From NCBI RefSeq assembly GCF_018350175.1, contig NC_058369.1, positions 29,450,001 through 29,514,000 of the forward strand: DNA of 64,000 nt. Reading direction: 5' to 3'. Below, piece by piece: positions 61,279-64,000 of this stretch. A program made the position numbers and the translations under genes. The DNA comes from Felis catus. Its lineage: Eukaryota. The notes under the pieces were generated by a model. The model was not told the DNA's origin. It did not search any database and saw nothing but the letters and a program-made list of their open reading frames with translations. Numbering within the stretch: position 1 is the first letter of the stretch; each line of letters starts with the position of its first letter.

Positions 61279-62726
61279 GCTGGCATTTAAATATGTGTAT
61301 TGGCATTTCACGGATGTATTCTTTTTCAGCGGACACGAATCAACCAAGTAATTTTACACTGAGTTTTCAATCCTGGAAAGTAAATTGTTAAATATTACCA
61401 AAGTATAAAGTGATCTTTGATTTTAATCAGAAAGACTTTCTTTTTGATGCTCAAGTTGTAAATGGATAGAAAATTGTACATTTGGCTCCTGCTGTCTGCC
61501 TCTTCCAGCCCTTTGATGAAGGAAGGGCTTTTATCAGCACATAGGAGACCTCAAAGGAACTGCTTTTTTTCAGGAACAGGCCCCAAGATGGCCACACTGT
61601 AGATAATTGAAAACCAGATGTAGCAATTAGAAGGTTGTTCTGATCATCTGACCTCAGTGACCCATATAGTTTATATTACACTCACATATATGTTAGTTCA
61701 TGAGAGCTAGGCAGGGCACCTAGACTTCAATGGGGTAAACTGAGGTGGAGAGAGGTATAGGAGCCGGGACATGGGGAACCCCAGACTCCCAAGATTCATT
61801 TCCCTGCCTTTTAATGGACTCACCATGCACTTTCCACGAGTCGAATTAGTATCTGCTAACACGGTATTTAGGCTGGTTAAGTCCTTCAGGATCACTTTTC
61901 CTTAGCATCTTTTGACGCCATTTCTTCAATCCTCAGGATTCTTTGCCTTCCAGACTTCGTTTCTTGGAATGGACTTTCATCTTCTCAGGTGTAGGTGGTC
62001 TTCTCACAGTTGCTTGGCATAGTTTACTAGTTGATCCATTTCTTTGATAGACACCGAGCACAAATCCCAGGACTCAAAAGTGTCTTAAAAGTAAATATTA
62101 ATTTTTTTTATCAGTGTGTTTAATTTTAGGGATCTGTTAAATACAGTTATTGTCTTTGTTTTCATTTACTTCCACAATTGATGCATCTTCATTAAAGTTT
62201 GAGGAATTCTTTACCACCGTGGAGAAAGTGAAGTCCTATTTGTGGAAACCGTGTGAAGACCTGAGTGAGAGTCAGTAACAATGGTTTTGTATTGCTGTTG
62301 TAGAAATCTAACATACTTGAATTAGGTTTTAAAGTTCTGACTGCTGTTGCTCCTGGCTAAAACTGTAAGGAAAGCATTCAGCTCTTTCTTTGGCAAAGAG
62401 CTGTGTTGTTTTTCTTCCTTAACAGAAAACAGAATTACTTGAACCAAGAAATGAAATTATTGCACTTTTGATTTGGCCAACTTAAAACCTACAGTGTTTG
62501 AAATTATAAAGCATTTTCTGGAGCAGTTGGGGTTTTTTTTTTGGTGGGGTGGGTAACATTGTCAGAGTACGCTTCCTAGGTTCTGCCTCCTTCCTTGTTT
62601 CCCTCTCTTCCTTTTTTCATTAATGGTACTTCAGAAGAAATATACCCATTATAGAGTATGTCTGGTTTGTACTGTTAATACAAAAAGCTCAAGGGTGACA
62701 CTCAAACCTAAGACTCAGTGATCGGA

Positions 62727-62916
62727 GCGGCGCCTGGGTGACTCAGTTGGTTAAGCGTCTGACTTCAGCTCAGGTCATGATCTCACAGTTTACAAGTTCA
62801 AACCCTGCGTCAGGCTCTGTACTGACAGCTCAGAGCCTAGAGCCTGCTTCAGACTCTGTGTCTGTGACTTTGTCTATCTCTCTCAAAAATTAAAAAAAAA
62901 AACAAACAACACCAAA
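62727..62916 (+). mobile_element. CanSINE with shortened CT-rich region
   Basis: TSD ACTCAGTGAT(C/T)GGA. Confidence 0.93.
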
Positions 62917-64000
62917 ACTCAGTGATTGGAAAGCCTGCATTCTGGATCTCCAGGCACTCATCTCTTGCCATGTTCATGGAAGACATTGCCAATGGATCAG
63001 TCTTCCTAGTAGAGCCCAGATATGCACCCTCCTGGGTCTTTTTAGCACATCTCTGCAAGCTGCCTCCATCAGTCGTGTTAAGATGAAATCTGTTTTCTTT
63101 GAATACTCTTTGAGAGTATCTTTTGATTGTCTTTGAGAGTATCTTTACTGAAGGTCCTTTGATGGGCAAACCCCAGTGCCAAAGGGAGGTATTCTGTATT
63201 CTAGGAATTTATATTTCTGGTTTGGAAGGTTACTCCAACATCACAGCACAGTGGAACTCTATCACCATAGTAGAACCATAAGCAAAGCCTACATCGAAGC
63301 TCCTGTAATTGAGAGGATACATATGGTCGCTATCTGCCCAGGAAAATGCTGAGTTAGATTTTGTCTGAAGTCAGCCCGTCACTGGCACTTCTTTCTCAGT
63401 TGTGGTAAAGCTGAAGAATTTGTTTCCTTTGCACATTTTGAACAGAGACCCAGGTATGGTGTTGAATCGACATTTTGAGATCAATGTTTGGAGGCCACTG
63501 GCTGACTTAGGCTCCAGTGATGCACCTAAACTTTGTAGGACATGGTTAGAGTTTTGAGTAATTTAGGATCAACAGTCGAATCCTGTATAATTTATTGACT
63601 CAGCCCAGTAATAAACCCAGGAACCTTCTGCTTCTGTTTCTTCTCTGCAGGAATTAAGGGCAGATAGGAAGAATGCAAACATGAATTAATTTGATTTTAT
63701 GTGCTTAAGCAGACATAATGAGAATCTGTTGGTGTGGCAGAAGTTACCACCAATCTACATAAAAATGAATAATACTGGCATTAAAAGAAAGAGCATTAAT
63801 TATGTTACTCTGGCTGTAGACTTAAATGATTTCAGGGGCTTATGCCTACACCTAAGGGTGTCAGGTGTCTGAATTTGTTGGGACATTACGGGGAAGCTGA
63901 TGCGGTGTAAGGGTTTGAAATGTTGCCTGCCTGTCCCAAGTGCGGTTTTCCTGGTGTTCCTTTTCATGGACTTCCTCTTTCACTAAATAATGCCATCTTT

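Noticed and set aside
1583-62916. Recurrent ORFs of the type MAQSVKRPTSAQVMIS...SLEP.SDSVSPSLSAPP and their antisense counterparts (...RERGRHRIGNRLQA...)
   Set aside because: They are translations of CanSINE copies, not a gene family.

Overview
This is mammalian non-coding DNA from a felid (cat-family) genome, probably the domestic-cat lineage, judged from diagnostic young CanSINE copies. I find no protein-coding exon, RNA gene or host gene that I can name. The ORF track is explained by SINE-, microsatellite- and gap-derived frames or chance ORFs. The window holds about 37 tRNA-derived CanSINEs (23 minus, 14 plus; many with readable target-site duplications, TSDs), about 10 old L1 fragments (8 minus), L2/MIR relics, MaLR (MLT1) LTR pieces, DNA-transposon MITEs (4 MER20-like, plus a MER44-like element nested in a MER58A-like element), microsatellites and four N-gaps. 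The antisense bias of L1/SINE suggests a large intron of a gene transcribed on the + strand (inference). I do not see a convincing novel biological system. The best second-look items are serial retrotransposition into one regenerated L1-endonuclease site (three SINEs of increasing age, 24.6-25.2 kb), nested and inverted SINE pairs, three very young and possibly polymorphic SINEs, an 8-kb CanSINE-free interval and several unvalidated cryptic/alternative exon candidates. Repeat family names come from recalled consensus sequences, not from a RepeatMasker run, and boundaries of old repeats are approximate.
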